From positions 608 to 64,607 of IMG/VR virus record IMGVR_UViG_3300010356_003652: a stretch of DNA of 64,000 nucleotides; one strand, written 5' to 3'. The notes beneath the pieces were generated by a model. It was not told the DNA's origin, searched no databases, and saw only the letters and a list, made by a program, of their open reading frames with translations. Numbering within the stretch: the first letter of the stretch is position 1; every line of letters starts with the position of its first letter. The stretch comes from a virus. Taxonomy: Duplodnaviria > Caudoviricetes. Of this stretch, positions 9,038-18,121 are shown one piece after another. Made by a program: the position numbers and the translations under genes.

Positions 9038-10150
9038 GTGAAAGAATTTAGATGTCAAATATGCGATAAAAATTTTAATTCCAGACAGGGTCTTGGAAAT
9101 CATATAGGTCGATATCATAATAAAAAAGACTATTATGATAAATTTTTAAAAAAAGAAAATGAAGGATCTTGTATAATATGCGGATCCCCTACTATTTTTA
9201 GAAATATGGTTTTAGGATATAAGCAAACTTGTGAAAGCAAGGCTTGTATATCAGAAAATATTAAAAATAAATCTGGGGATGCTATACAGAAAAAATATGG
9301 GGTTAAATCATTTTCCCAAATTCCCGGGGTTCAAGATAAGAAGAGAAAAACATGTTTAGAATTATATGGGGTAGAAGTATCTTCCCAAGCAGATATAGTC
9401 AAAGAAAAAAATAAACAAACCTGTTTAAAAAATCATGGAGTAGAAAATGTATATCAAAGTGAGAAAATAAAAGAAAAATGTAGGAAAACAAAGAAGGAAA
9501 AATACGGAGATGAAAACTTCACTAATAGAGACAAAGCTAAACAAACTTGTTTAAAAAATCATGGGGTGGAATGGTCATTAATGGATCCATCTATAAGAGA
9601 GATAGGAACTCAAACTATGATTTCTATATATGGAGAAAATCCTCTATCTAATATTATTATTAAAAAGAAGAAGGAAGAAACCTCTCTAAAAAAATATGGT
9701 GTTAAATCTCCAAATCAATCCAAGGTAGTTAAAAAACACAAGGAAGAGAGCTATATTAGAAAATTTGGGGTAAAAAACATCATGCATGATGAAAAAATAT
9801 TTTTAAAATGCCAGATAAATGGATTAAAAAGAAATAGATTTAAAGAATCTGATATACATTACCAAGGGACTTATGAATTGGATTTTCTTGAAAAATATTA
9901 CGATCTAATAGAACTGGAAAATGGTAAAACTCACAGATACTTATTTAAACAAAAAAACAGAGTTTATTATTCGGATTTTTTTATACCGTCATTAAATTTA
10001 ATAGTAGAGGTAAAATCTAAATATTATTATAATAGGGAACTAGAAAAAAATAATGCAAAGAAAGAATCTGTAATTAACGAAGGATATAATTATATAATGA
10101 TATTAGATAAGGATTATACAGAATTTGAAAAATTACTAAGTATTTCATAA
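9038..10150 (+). CDS. free-standing homing-type endonuclease: Zn fingers, K-x-T-x-L-x-x-(Y/H)-G repeats, C-terminal PD-(D/E)xK domain
   Basis: CQIC...HIGRYH, CIIC...C; repeats such as KQTCLKNHGVE; YQGTYELDFL and YYSDFFIPSLNLIVEVKS. Confidence 0.7.
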   Translation: MKEFRCQICDKNFNSRQGLGNHIGRYHNKKDYYDKFLKKENEGSCIICGSPTIFRNMVLGYKQTCESKACISENIKNKSGDAIQKKYGVKSFSQIPGVQDKKRKTCLELYGVEVSSQADIVKEKNKQTCLKNHGVENVYQSEKIKEKCRKTKKEKYGDENFTNRDKAKQTCLKNHGVEWSLMDPSIREIGTQTMISIYGENPLSNIIIKKKKEETSLKKYGVKSPNQSKVVKKHKEESYIRKFGVKNIMHDEKIFLKCQINGLKRNRFKESDIHYQGTYELDFLEKYYDLIELENGKTHRYLFKQKNRVYYSDFFIPSLNLIVEVKSKYYYNRELEKNNAKKESVINEGYNYIMILDKDYTEFEKLLSIS

Positions 10151-10163
10151 TATTTATAATATT

Positions 10164-10177
10164 TTTATTATATTAGC
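10164..10177 (+). promoter_or_regulatory. TTTATTATATTAGC box (copy 3)
   Basis: Intergenic, 3 nt upstream of the ORF-track start 10181 (true start may be downstream). Confidence 0.55.
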
Positions 10178-10180
10178 TTT

Positions 10181-10909
10181 ATGACAGTAAAAAACATATT
10201 AGAAAATATTACTCCAGGGATCAGAAAAGAAATGGAAACTATCTGGTTCACTGCTGATATTCATCATGGTCATCCAAAGATTGTTCCTATATGTAATCGG
10301 CCTGTATATTTTGATCGTGAAACTGAATTATATTTCAAAAAGAAACAAGCTGATGCTATAGAAAAAGATGAAAAGTGGATTCCATGGGCAGATAAGGAAT
10401 GGAGGGACGCTATGAATAAAATCCACGACCAGTGGATTGTAAAAGAGGCATTCAACAAGTATATCAGAAGAAAGGATACTGTTTTTATTCTTGGAGATCT
10501 ATCATTAGCTAGGAGGCCAGAAGCCGAAAAATTTATAGACAGGCTTAATGGAAATAAGTTCCTAATATTGGGAAATCACGATAGGAATATAGATACTTCT
10601 ACAAGATTTGCTCAGATTACTCAGATTAAAGATTTTAGATTCAAAAGACCCGGAGTTGATATCCATATTTCTCTTTGTCATTATCCTATGGCATCTTGGG
10701 ATAGAAAGCCTCACGGATCCTGGCACCTGTACGGCCACGTACACGGGAGATATAAAAATCCAGGATTATCGCTAGATGTAGGTATTGATAATCCTGAGAT
10801 AGGATGGAGGCCTATAAATCTATATGAAGTAGCTCTAATAATGGCAGATAAGGAGAGAGATCTAGGAATCGGCAATTACTATGACAATGGATTAGAAGGG
10901 GTTGATTAA
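10181..10909 (+). CDS. calcineurin-like metallophosphoesterase
   Basis: ADIHHGH, ILGD, GNHD, HYP, HLYGHVH. Confidence 0.88.
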   Translation: MTVKNILENITPGIRKEMETIWFTADIHHGHPKIVPICNRPVYFDRETELYFKKKQADAIEKDEKWIPWADKEWRDAMNKIHDQWIVKEAFNKYIRRKDTVFILGDLSLARRPEAEKFIDRLNGNKFLILGNHDRNIDTSTRFAQITQIKDFRFKRPGVDIHISLCHYPMASWDRKPHGSWHLYGHVHGRYKNPGLSLDVGIDNPEIGWRPINLYEVALIMADKERDLGIGNYYDNGLEGVD

Positions 10910-10957
10910 ACCCCTTTTTTATTTTTGGATAAATATAAAAATAGCCAAAGAATTATT

Positions 10958-11452
10958 ATGAAATTAGTAAGAGAATCTTTAGTACTTGAACAGAAAAAGC
11001 TCGAACTCTCTTCGGGGCTAGCTATTATCCAAAATGGCTCTATTCTTCTAGGACACCCTAAGGGACAAAAATGGTATGGAACATATAGTATCCCTAAAGG
11101 TCATGTTGAGGAGGGTGAAGATTTACTAGAAGCTGCTATCAGAGAAACTAGAGAAGAGATAGGTCTTACAGTGGATCTCGAAGATATTATTTCTAAGGAA
11201 CCAGAATTTATTGATTATATTGATAAGGGAGGAAATCTATATAAAAGAGTATACTATTTTATTGTAAATCCAAAAACTCCAATAAAACAATCTGCCATCC
11301 ATCCAGATAAATCTGAGATAGATTGGGCCGGATTCATTCTTAAAGATGCTGCGGAAGCCCGAATATTCTGGAGGCTTAAGCCTATTTTAGATCATATCGA
11401 AGAGGTTGAAGACGCAGAAGAAATTATGAAGGAAATCGAAGGAAAAGAATAA
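10958..11452 (+). CDS. Nudix hydrolase
   Basis: Nudix box KGHVEEGEDLLEAAIRETREEIG; ATG at 10958 (MKLVRES) preferred over TTG at 10925, which overlaps the GATAAATA box. Confidence 0.9.
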   Translation: MKLVRESLVLEQKKLELSSGLAIIQNGSILLGHPKGQKWYGTYSIPKGHVEEGEDLLEAAIRETREEIGLTVDLEDIISKEPEFIDYIDKGGNLYKRVYYFIVNPKTPIKQSAIHPDKSEIDWAGFILKDAAEARIFWRLKPILDHIEEVEDAEEIMKEIEGKE

Positions 11453-11505
11453 GAATAAGAAAAACTTTATTTTTTCTGTCCATAAAATAATTAAAATATT
11501 AGAAT

Positions 11506-12825
11506 ATGGCCAAGAAAAAGTTTAGTGAGGATAATAGTTCAAAATCCTTTTCAAAATTAAATGATTTCCTTAATAAAATCGCTCCAGATGGGGAAATCCT
11601 AGATGTAAGTCCAATTGCAAAAATAGATGAATGGATAAGTACAGGATCTTATGTACTTAATGCTGCTCTCTCCGGGTCTCTTTTCGGCGGACTCCCAAAT
11701 CGTAGATCGCTAGTTCTCGCTGGTGAAGAGGGAACAGGAAAAACCTTTATAGCTCTAAGCATCTGTAGAAACGCTCAGAAAATGGGATACGATGTCATTT
11801 ACTTCGATTCAGAAGGAGCTATTGATGTTGATTTTGTTTCGAGACTGGGCGTAGACACATCTAGAGTGAGACTCCAACCAGTAAATACTGTCGAAGAATT
11901 TTCTCATATTTCTGCTCAAATTGTAGAGCAATTTAATGAGATGAAGAACAAAGGAGAAGAGCCACCAAAAATTATGGTAGTTCTTGATTCACTTGGAAAC
12001 CTATCTTCTATAAAGGAATCTGAAGATACTACAAAGGGCGATAATAAGAGAGATATGACTAAGCAGCAAGCGATAAGAAAGCTCTTTAGGGTTAACGGAT
12101 TGCAATTTGCTATGCTAGGTATTCCATTTATCATCAACAATCACGTTTATGATTCTATGAGTATGTTCTCGCCTAAAGAAATATCCGGAGGTGGCGGGGT
12201 CAAGTACAATGCATCAATCATCTTTCTTCTAGGAAAGGGAAAACTCGATGATGCTGAAGGAGAGAAAAAAGCTAAAGATAAAAATGTTGATGCTGTAAGA
12301 GTCGGAGTCACAATTTATGTAACTCCGGTAAAACAGAGATTCGCGAAGCCTATAAAAGTTCAGCTTCATATTCCATTTTATAAGAAACCTAATCCCTATG
12401 TAGGACTTGAAAAATTTGCCAGTTGGGATTCATGTGGTATCGTAAGAGGAAAGACACACACAGAAAAAGAATACGAGAAACTAAAGGATTCTGAAAAGAA
12501 AGTATGTTTTAGATGGGAAGGATTCAATTTAGAAACGGATCCAAATGGAAAGGTAATTAAAGTTCCTAATGGAAAGGTCTGGGTGGAGCCTAGGGATACA
12601 GCAACAAAATTAGTCTGTAAACATCTTGGAGGGGAAATACCTATCGGCGAACTATTTACTGAAAAAGTATTCACAGAAGAAGTTCTAAGAGAGCTGGACG
12701 AAAAAGTTATAAAGCCTACCTTTATGCTCCCAAGTATTGAATCTCTTGAGGATCTAGCAGAAATAACGAAAGAAATTATGCTAGAGGAGGAAGAGACCAG
12801 CGATCTCCTAAGTCTTGACGAATAA
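11506..12825 (+). CDS. uvsX: RecA/UvsX-like recombinase
   Basis: ISTGSYVLNAALSG, AGEEGTGKT, FDSEGA, VLDSLGNL, SGGGGVKYNAS. Confidence 0.92.
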   Translation: MAKKKFSEDNSSKSFSKLNDFLNKIAPDGEILDVSPIAKIDEWISTGSYVLNAALSGSLFGGLPNRRSLVLAGEEGTGKTFIALSICRNAQKMGYDVIYFDSEGAIDVDFVSRLGVDTSRVRLQPVNTVEEFSHISAQIVEQFNEMKNKGEEPPKIMVVLDSLGNLSSIKESEDTTKGDNKRDMTKQQAIRKLFRVNGLQFAMLGIPFIINNHVYDSMSMFSPKEISGGGGVKYNASIIFLLGKGKLDDAEGEKKAKDKNVDAVRVGVTIYVTPVKQRFAKPIKVQLHIPFYKKPNPYVGLEKFASWDSCGIVRGKTHTEKEYEKLKDSEKKVCFRWEGFNLETDPNGKVIKVPNGKVWVEPRDTATKLVCKHLGGEIPIGELFTEKVFTEEVLRELDEKVIKPTFMLPSIESLEDLAEITKEIMLEEEETSDLLSLDE

Positions 12826-12837
12826 AATTCCAGACTC

Positions 12838-13110
12838 ATGAAAGGAATTAATAAAAATAAGATCAAGATTAAGAATCTTATAGGAATCGTTGACAATCCA
12901 ACCCACGAGGATCTTCTTTTTGAGATTGTCTCCTTTCTCGAAAAAGAAGGAAGACTTAGTGATGAATTCATCAAACAAGAAGTAAGCCTTAAAACCAGAT
13001 GCAGAATTGAAGAGGATCTAGAATTCGATCTTAAGAAATTGCAAGAATTGGGCTATATCGAGCATAAAGGCTGGACTAAATGGAAATTACTAAAACACCC
13101 ATGGCAATGA
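12838..13110 (+). CDS. hypothetical protein (possible winged helix)
   Basis: ORF track; ends LKKLQELGYIEHKG, wHTH-like. Confidence 0.55.
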   Translation: MKGINKNKIKIKNLIGIVDNPTHEDLLFEIVSFLEKEGRLSDEFIKQEVSLKTRCRIEEDLEFDLKKLQELGYIEHKGWTKWKLLKHPWQ

Positions 13111-13553
13111 AAAAAGAAATAAGATTAACTGGAAATTTTCTGCATTTTGATCAGAAAAATTTAAATGGCGTCACTTATACCAAAAAAGTTGCTGAAAGTA
13201 TTATCGAGCAATTTAAAGAGCAAAGAGGGGAGGATGGGGTTTTCTTCGGTGAATTAGGGCAGGATCGAGATGATGCAGGAATAAATATCAGCAATGTTTC
13301 TCACGATGTTATAGAACTTAAAATTAATGAGAATAATAAGACATTGGAAGGAACTATTCTTTTGCTAGAAACCTCGGCTGGAAAAAAAGCTTTAGAAATG
13401 TTAAAAGATCCAAACAATTATAGCATATCCTGTCGACCTAGGGGAATAGGAAAGGTTAATGATAGAGGGGAGATAGAAGAATATCAGATTATATCTTTTG
13501 ACCTAATACCAACTTCTTTGGATTCGTTTGGCCAAAGAGATCAGTTGAAATGA
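13101..13553 (+). CDS. T4 gp21-like prohead protease homologue, apparently lacking catalytic residues
   Basis: NLNGVTY, FGELGQ, NVSH, RPRGIG, ISFDLI align with gp21-family NRNxRxY, GELxH, VSH, SSRGxG, D; start at 13101 or 13107 more likely than 13080. Confidence 0.65.
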   Translation: MAMKKEIRLTGNFLHFDQKNLNGVTYTKKVAESIIEQFKEQRGEDGVFFGELGQDRDDAGINISNVSHDVIELKINENNKTLEGTILLLETSAGKKALEMLKDPNNYSISCRPRGIGKVNDRGEIEEYQIISFDLIPTSLDSFGQRDQLK

Positions 13554-13554
13554 A

Positions 13555-14460
13555 TCATTTATAAGATTCAATCCCTTTATAGTCTTTATTAATTATCATA
13601 ATAAAATTATAACCAGCGGCTAAAACAGCCGCTTTTTTTATTCTATTCTTTTTTCTATATTTTTTGTTCAGATACGAGTTTTTTATCTCTACTACTAAGT
13701 TTAATTCAGGAATCCAAAAATCACTATGATATATTTTATTCTTTCCATTAAAAATATAAGGAATAGATAATCCCTGCTCAATTTTGAATTTATCATAATA
13801 TTTTTTTAAGAAATCTAATTCAAATGATCCCCTATAATAAAGATCTTTATAGTTTTTTGCACAACATCCTGATTTCTGATTTCTTAAAAATACTTCCCTG
13901 TTTTGCATTGCATTCGGAAATCCATATTTTTTTATAAATGTTTTTTTGATTTTTTCCTGTATCTCTGGGACCATGAAATAATGAGCAAATCCATGTTCCT
14001 TCATGCAGGTTTCGGATCTGGATTTATTAGCCTTATCCATAACTTCCATAATTTTGGAAACATTTTCTACTCCATATTTTTCCAAATTATTGCTGACCCG
14101 CTTCTCCAGAGTTTCCTGAAGTTGCATAGTTGAATTTACTCCATATCTTTTCTGATTTGTATTTCTTTGATTATCTTTTGAAACCTGGTTTTTCATAGGA
14201 TTTTCATTCTTCATTCGATCGGAATAGTCTGCAGCCTCACATTCTTTAGAGCAATATACCGCATACCCAGTAGAGAATATTCTGAAATTAGTGGGGCTTC
14301 CGCAGATTTTGCAAAAGCCTTCTCCATCATTCTTCATATAAAGATCATAATATTCTTTCTTTTTATTCCCGTGTTTAAATTGAATATGAGCGGAAAGAGC
14401 TAATAAATTTTTTACTTCCTGATTACAAATTTGGCACTTCATCTTACGAAATCTTAACAA
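13555..14460 (-). CDS. free-standing homing-type endonuclease, paralogue of 9038 and 22632
   Basis: CQIC...HIQFKH, CKIC; QKRYG/EKYG/KKYG repeats; YRGSFELDFL, YHSDFWIPELNLVVEIKN; opposite strand to all neighbours. Confidence 0.72.
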   Translation of the reverse strand: MLRFRKMKCQICNQEVKNLLALSAHIQFKHGNKKKEYYDLYMKNDGEGFCKICGSPTNFRIFSTGYAVYCSKECEAADYSDRMKNENPMKNQVSKDNQRNTNQKRYGVNSTMQLQETLEKRVSNNLEKYGVENVSKIMEVMDKANKSRSETCMKEHGFAHYFMVPEIQEKIKKTFIKKYGFPNAMQNREVFLRNQKSGCCAKNYKDLYYRGSFELDFLKKYYDKFKIEQGLSIPYIFNGKNKIYHSDFWIPELNLVVEIKNSYLNKKYRKKNRIKKAAVLAAGYNFIMIINKDYKGIESYK

Positions 14461-14524
14461 CTAGTTTTATCTATAAAGAATAACACGTTTTATTATATAT
14501 ATCAATTCTAAAATTTTAAAAAGG

Positions 14525-15994
14525 GTGATCCAGGCATATCAAGAACAAATTTTTTGGCATTATATTCTAAACAATAGGATATATCTCAATACTACTAAGC
14601 CAGAGTTCTTCTCAAATCAGACTCTTAAGGAGCTATTTGAGATAGCTAAAGATCATTCTCTCCGATATGGTGAAGCTCCTTCAAGAGATCAGATTATAGA
14701 GTTAGTCAAGATTAAGGGTAAGAACGATACTATTTCAGAGGATATAATCTCCGCTCTTTATAATGCAAAAGAGCAATTAAAAAATTACGATCAGAAATGG
14801 ATTGAGGACAATGTTGGTCCGTGGATTAGAGTTCGTAATTTAGATAATGTAATACGTAAGGTTATTGCATATATGAAGACCTCTCAGATCACTGCTGAAA
14901 ATGCAGCTGAAACTGTAGAAAAGGTCAGAAGTATGCTAACCACCGAAACTGCTATAGATTTCGATTTTAATTTAGGATCTGATTTTTTCGATGCAGAAAA
15001 GCACAAACAAACTCGATTAGCTAGAACTTCAACAGGATATGACTATATTGATATCTGTATGAAGGGCGGCTATTGGAAAGGATCCCTAATAGGATTTTTA
15101 GGGGGTCCTAAGAGCGGTAAATCTACTTGGCTTACAAACTTAGCTGCAAGATCAGTCGCATTAGGATATAATACAGCTTATATCACTTTGGAACTTCAAG
15201 AAGAGCTGGTTCTCATGAGAATAGGATCTAATCTTTTGGAATTACCCCTTGATGAATATGATAAGATAGCTCAGGATACTGATAGGCTAAGAAATAAGTT
15301 AAATGATTTTAAATCCACTTCATTTCACCCCGTTGGTGTTCTCCATGTAAAAGAATTTCCCTCCTCGACGGCCTCTGTCAATGATATCAAATCGTATCTT
15401 AAAAAAGTTGAAGAAATCATTGGCATTAAATTCGACAATGTATTTGTAGACTATATTAATATCATGAAGAATTGGAGGAATCCGAATACCGAAAATACTT
15501 ACATGAAAATTAAGCAGATCTCAGAAGATCTTCGTGCAATGGCGATGGAGGAACAATGGGCTGTCATCACAGTAACACAGACTAATAGAGGCGGTTGGGA
15601 TGCCGAAGATCTAAACATAACAAATGTATCAGAATCCGCCGCTCTTATTCATACAGTGGATATGCTATTCGGTATTATTACATCTCCTGAAATGAAAGCA
15701 AGAAGCGAATATTATCTAAAGTGCCTTGCAAACAGGGTAGCAGGATTTGAAAATACTCGAAAGAGATTTACTATAGACTGGAAATATGCTAGAATTGATG
15801 AAGACAAGAATGCAGAAATCGAGGATATGGATTTTCTATTTAATAGTACTGTAGCAGGTCAAGCACAAAGAAGAGGTGTTAAAACACAATTTAAAAACAC
15901 AAAAAATAATATTTCAGGAAACACATCTGTAAGTATAGATCCTGATAAATTAGACAGTATAGGTAACGAGAAAAGAGGAGAGGGACTTTTTTAA
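14525..15994 (+). CDS. gp41: DnaB-type replicative helicase (T4 gp41-like)
   Basis: STGYDYID, GGPKSGKS, ITLEL, VFVDYINIM, TQTNRGG, SESAAL; GTG start. Confidence 0.9.
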   Translation: MIQAYQEQIFWHYILNNRIYLNTTKPEFFSNQTLKELFEIAKDHSLRYGEAPSRDQIIELVKIKGKNDTISEDIISALYNAKEQLKNYDQKWIEDNVGPWIRVRNLDNVIRKVIAYMKTSQITAENAAETVEKVRSMLTTETAIDFDFNLGSDFFDAEKHKQTRLARTSTGYDYIDICMKGGYWKGSLIGFLGGPKSGKSTWLTNLAARSVALGYNTAYITLELQEELVLMRIGSNLLELPLDEYDKIAQDTDRLRNKLNDFKSTSFHPVGVLHVKEFPSSTASVNDIKSYLKKVEEIIGIKFDNVFVDYINIMKNWRNPNTENTYMKIKQISEDLRAMAMEEQWAVITVTQTNRGGWDAEDLNITNVSESAALIHTVDMLFGIITSPEMKARSEYYLKCLANRVAGFENTRKRFTIDWKYARIDEDKNAEIEDMDFLFNSTVAGQAQRRGVKTQFKNTKNNISGNTSVSIDPDKLDSIGNEKRGEGLF

Positions 15995-16042
15995 ATTTTA
16001 TGAAAGATAAATAGTCCAATCTTTCCTAAAATTATTATTAAA

Positions 16043-16525
16043 ATGGACTACTACTTCGAAGAAGAATATGAAAATATGAAAGAGGATAAAATTATAAACA
16101 ACTCGTATAATACGGGCGAATTAGAATTTGAAGCTTTTAGTTCTGTTATGAAAATAGATGATCGGGTTTCCGATCTATATGAAGATCAGCACAGCGATAA
16201 TATGGTTGAAAATCGAACCATTAAGGCATTAAATGAGGAAATATATTCTATTTTTATGGAATCCCCTTATTATGAGAAATATAAAAATCCGAAGAGAGTT
16301 GATAAGAGTGATATGATTAAAATGTATTATTATTTTAAAGAAAAACTTCTTCCAAAAAATACTTATTCTTCTTCTCAGATTTTCATAGGATTCGCAGAAT
16401 TCTTTCAGATTAATTATGACCAGCTCTATAGCGATATAGGAGTCATGGATAAAGAAAATCTCCTCAAAGAACTAAATACTCATAAAGGAATGAAAACTAA
16501 AATTCAGACTAAAAAGCTATTCTAA
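16043..16525 (+). CDS. hypothetical protein (160 aa)
   Basis: ORF between helicase and nuclease genes. Confidence 0.7.
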   Translation: MDYYFEEEYENMKEDKIINNSYNTGELEFEAFSSVMKIDDRVSDLYEDQHSDNMVENRTIKALNEEIYSIFMESPYYEKYKNPKRVDKSDMIKMYYYFKEKLLPKNTYSSSQIFIGFAEFFQINYDQLYSDIGVMDKENLLKELNTHKGMKTKIQTKKLF

Positions 16526-16613
16526 ATCATTTATTTAACATTATATTAAGCCTGATAGATTAAAACTATCGGGCTTTTTCTGTATAAAATGACTAAGGAA
16601 ATAAAAATAGAGT

Positions 16614-17744
16614 ATGAATTTGGATATTGCAGAGTACCAAGTACCCTCCCTTAATATAGATTATAAAAGAATATTTTTGCTTTCTGACTTGCATTTTGGG
16701 GTTAGAGCTAATTCTATAGAATGGATCGAAAATCAATTGAAATTCTTCTATGATTTCTATATTCCGATGCTTAAAGAAAAAAAGCAGAACGGGGATATTC
16801 TTTTTATACTCGGGGATTGGTTTGATAATCGTCAGCTTCTTGATATCAATGTCATGAATAAGTCCATCGATCTGATTTTTGATTTAGCTGAAATTATTCC
16901 TGTCTATTTTATGACAGGCAATCATGATATCTACAAAAAGAATGATACCGATGTTAATTCATTAGCGGCATTTAGATTTATTCCTAATGTTACCATCTTC
17001 GAAGATCCCGTTATTATAACGAATGGAAAAACCAAAATTCTAGTCTTAACGTGGACAGGAAATGGGGAAAAAGAGGAGGCCTATGCAAAAGCAAATCCAA
17101 CTGATTATATCTTTGCTCATACTGATATTGCAGGATTTAAATATGATAATGGATTTAATATTAAGAAAGGAGCTAGATTACAAAAGCTACCAGGAGTAAA
17201 AAGACTATACTCTGGCCATATCCATAAAAGACAGGAGCATAAAGGATCTATTTATATCGGATCGCCCTATTCTACTAAGAGATCAGATATAGGAAATAGA
17301 AAGGGTGTTTATATAATAGACACGGAAACCGATCAACAAGAATTTATTCCTAATATAGTTTCTCCAATATTCCAAAGAATAGATCTTGAAGAATTGATGG
17401 AGATGACTCTAGAAAAAGCATATAGGGCATTAGAAAATAACTATACTGATATTATTGTCCCTGATAAGTATATTCAGCTCTTTAATCTAACAAAATTTAT
17501 TGATCTTTTAAGCGGATGTGCCTATAAGAAAATCGAGACACGGGGAGAAAAGAATAAATTAGACGAATCTTTTGGCGAAATACTAGATGGGGAAGAAATC
17601 AAGGATATTGTAACCCTTCTGGAGAACAATATAGAGATTCTTGAGCAGAATATGGAAACTATTGTTAAGTTAAAATTACTTAATAGAGAATATTACGAAA
17701 AAGCAAAATCGTCTCAAACTGAACAAGAAAATATATCTGGTTAA
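16614..17744 (+). CDS. gp47: Mre11/SbcD-type nuclease (T4 gp47-like)
   Basis: SDLHFG, GDWFD, GNHD, SGHIH. Confidence 0.9.
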   Translation: MNLDIAEYQVPSLNIDYKRIFLLSDLHFGVRANSIEWIENQLKFFYDFYIPMLKEKKQNGDILFILGDWFDNRQLLDINVMNKSIDLIFDLAEIIPVYFMTGNHDIYKKNDTDVNSLAAFRFIPNVTIFEDPVIITNGKTKILVLTWTGNGEKEEAYAKANPTDYIFAHTDIAGFKYDNGFNIKKGARLQKLPGVKRLYSGHIHKRQEHKGSIYIGSPYSTKRSDIGNRKGVYIIDTETDQQEFIPNIVSPIFQRIDLEELMEMTLEKAYRALENNYTDIIVPDKYIQLFNLTKFIDLLSGCAYKKIETRGEKNKLDESFGEILDGEEIKDIVTLLENNIEILEQNMETIVKLKLLNREYYEKAKSSQTEQENISG

Positions 17745-17746
17745 TT

Positions 17747-18121
17747 ATGGCAAAAGATTATGTACCTCCGTACCCCCAATTTCCTTCGGAATTCTTATCT
17801 GATGGAGATTTATATAAGATCTTTATGAATCATGGTCTTATGATGGGAAGAATGATATCCGGATCCAAATCCGGGTATAGAGATAGGTATCCGGAAAATT
17901 TAGTGGTATTTAATGCAAATATTGTTACTAAAAAAAGAGGAAAGGTATGGCATGGAGACCTAGATGTAACTCTGGATTATGAAAAGCTTGAAGCAGCAGC
18001 AGAATCTCTTCAAGAAGATTTATACATCTTAAGAGAAATGGATGGAAGATTTGAAAACGAAGACGCTGGATTCCCATATTGGGAAGCTCATGCAGTCGCA
18101 AAAATACAGCATAAAGGATGA
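17747..18121 (+). CDS. hypothetical protein between gp47 and gp46
   Basis: ORF track; stop overlaps the gp46 start. Confidence 0.7.
   Translation: MAKDYVPPYPQFPSEFLSDGDLYKIFMNHGLMMGRMISGSKSGYRDRYPENLVVFNANIVTKKRGKVWHGDLDVTLDYEKLEAAAESLQEDLYILREMDGRFENEDAGFPYWEAHAVAKIQHKG

Noticed and set aside
13614-13638. Hairpin AGCGGCT-AAAAC-AGCCGCT followed by T run, inside the 3' end of the minus-strand endonuclease
   Set aside because: Best explained as an ordinary + strand terminator for the gp21-like gene that the inserted endonuclease ORF overlaps; not a separate element.
11506-15994. Inteins in UvsX or the helicase
   Set aside because: Lengths are near normal and no intein C/S...HN-C/S junctions or LAGLIDADG blocks were seen.
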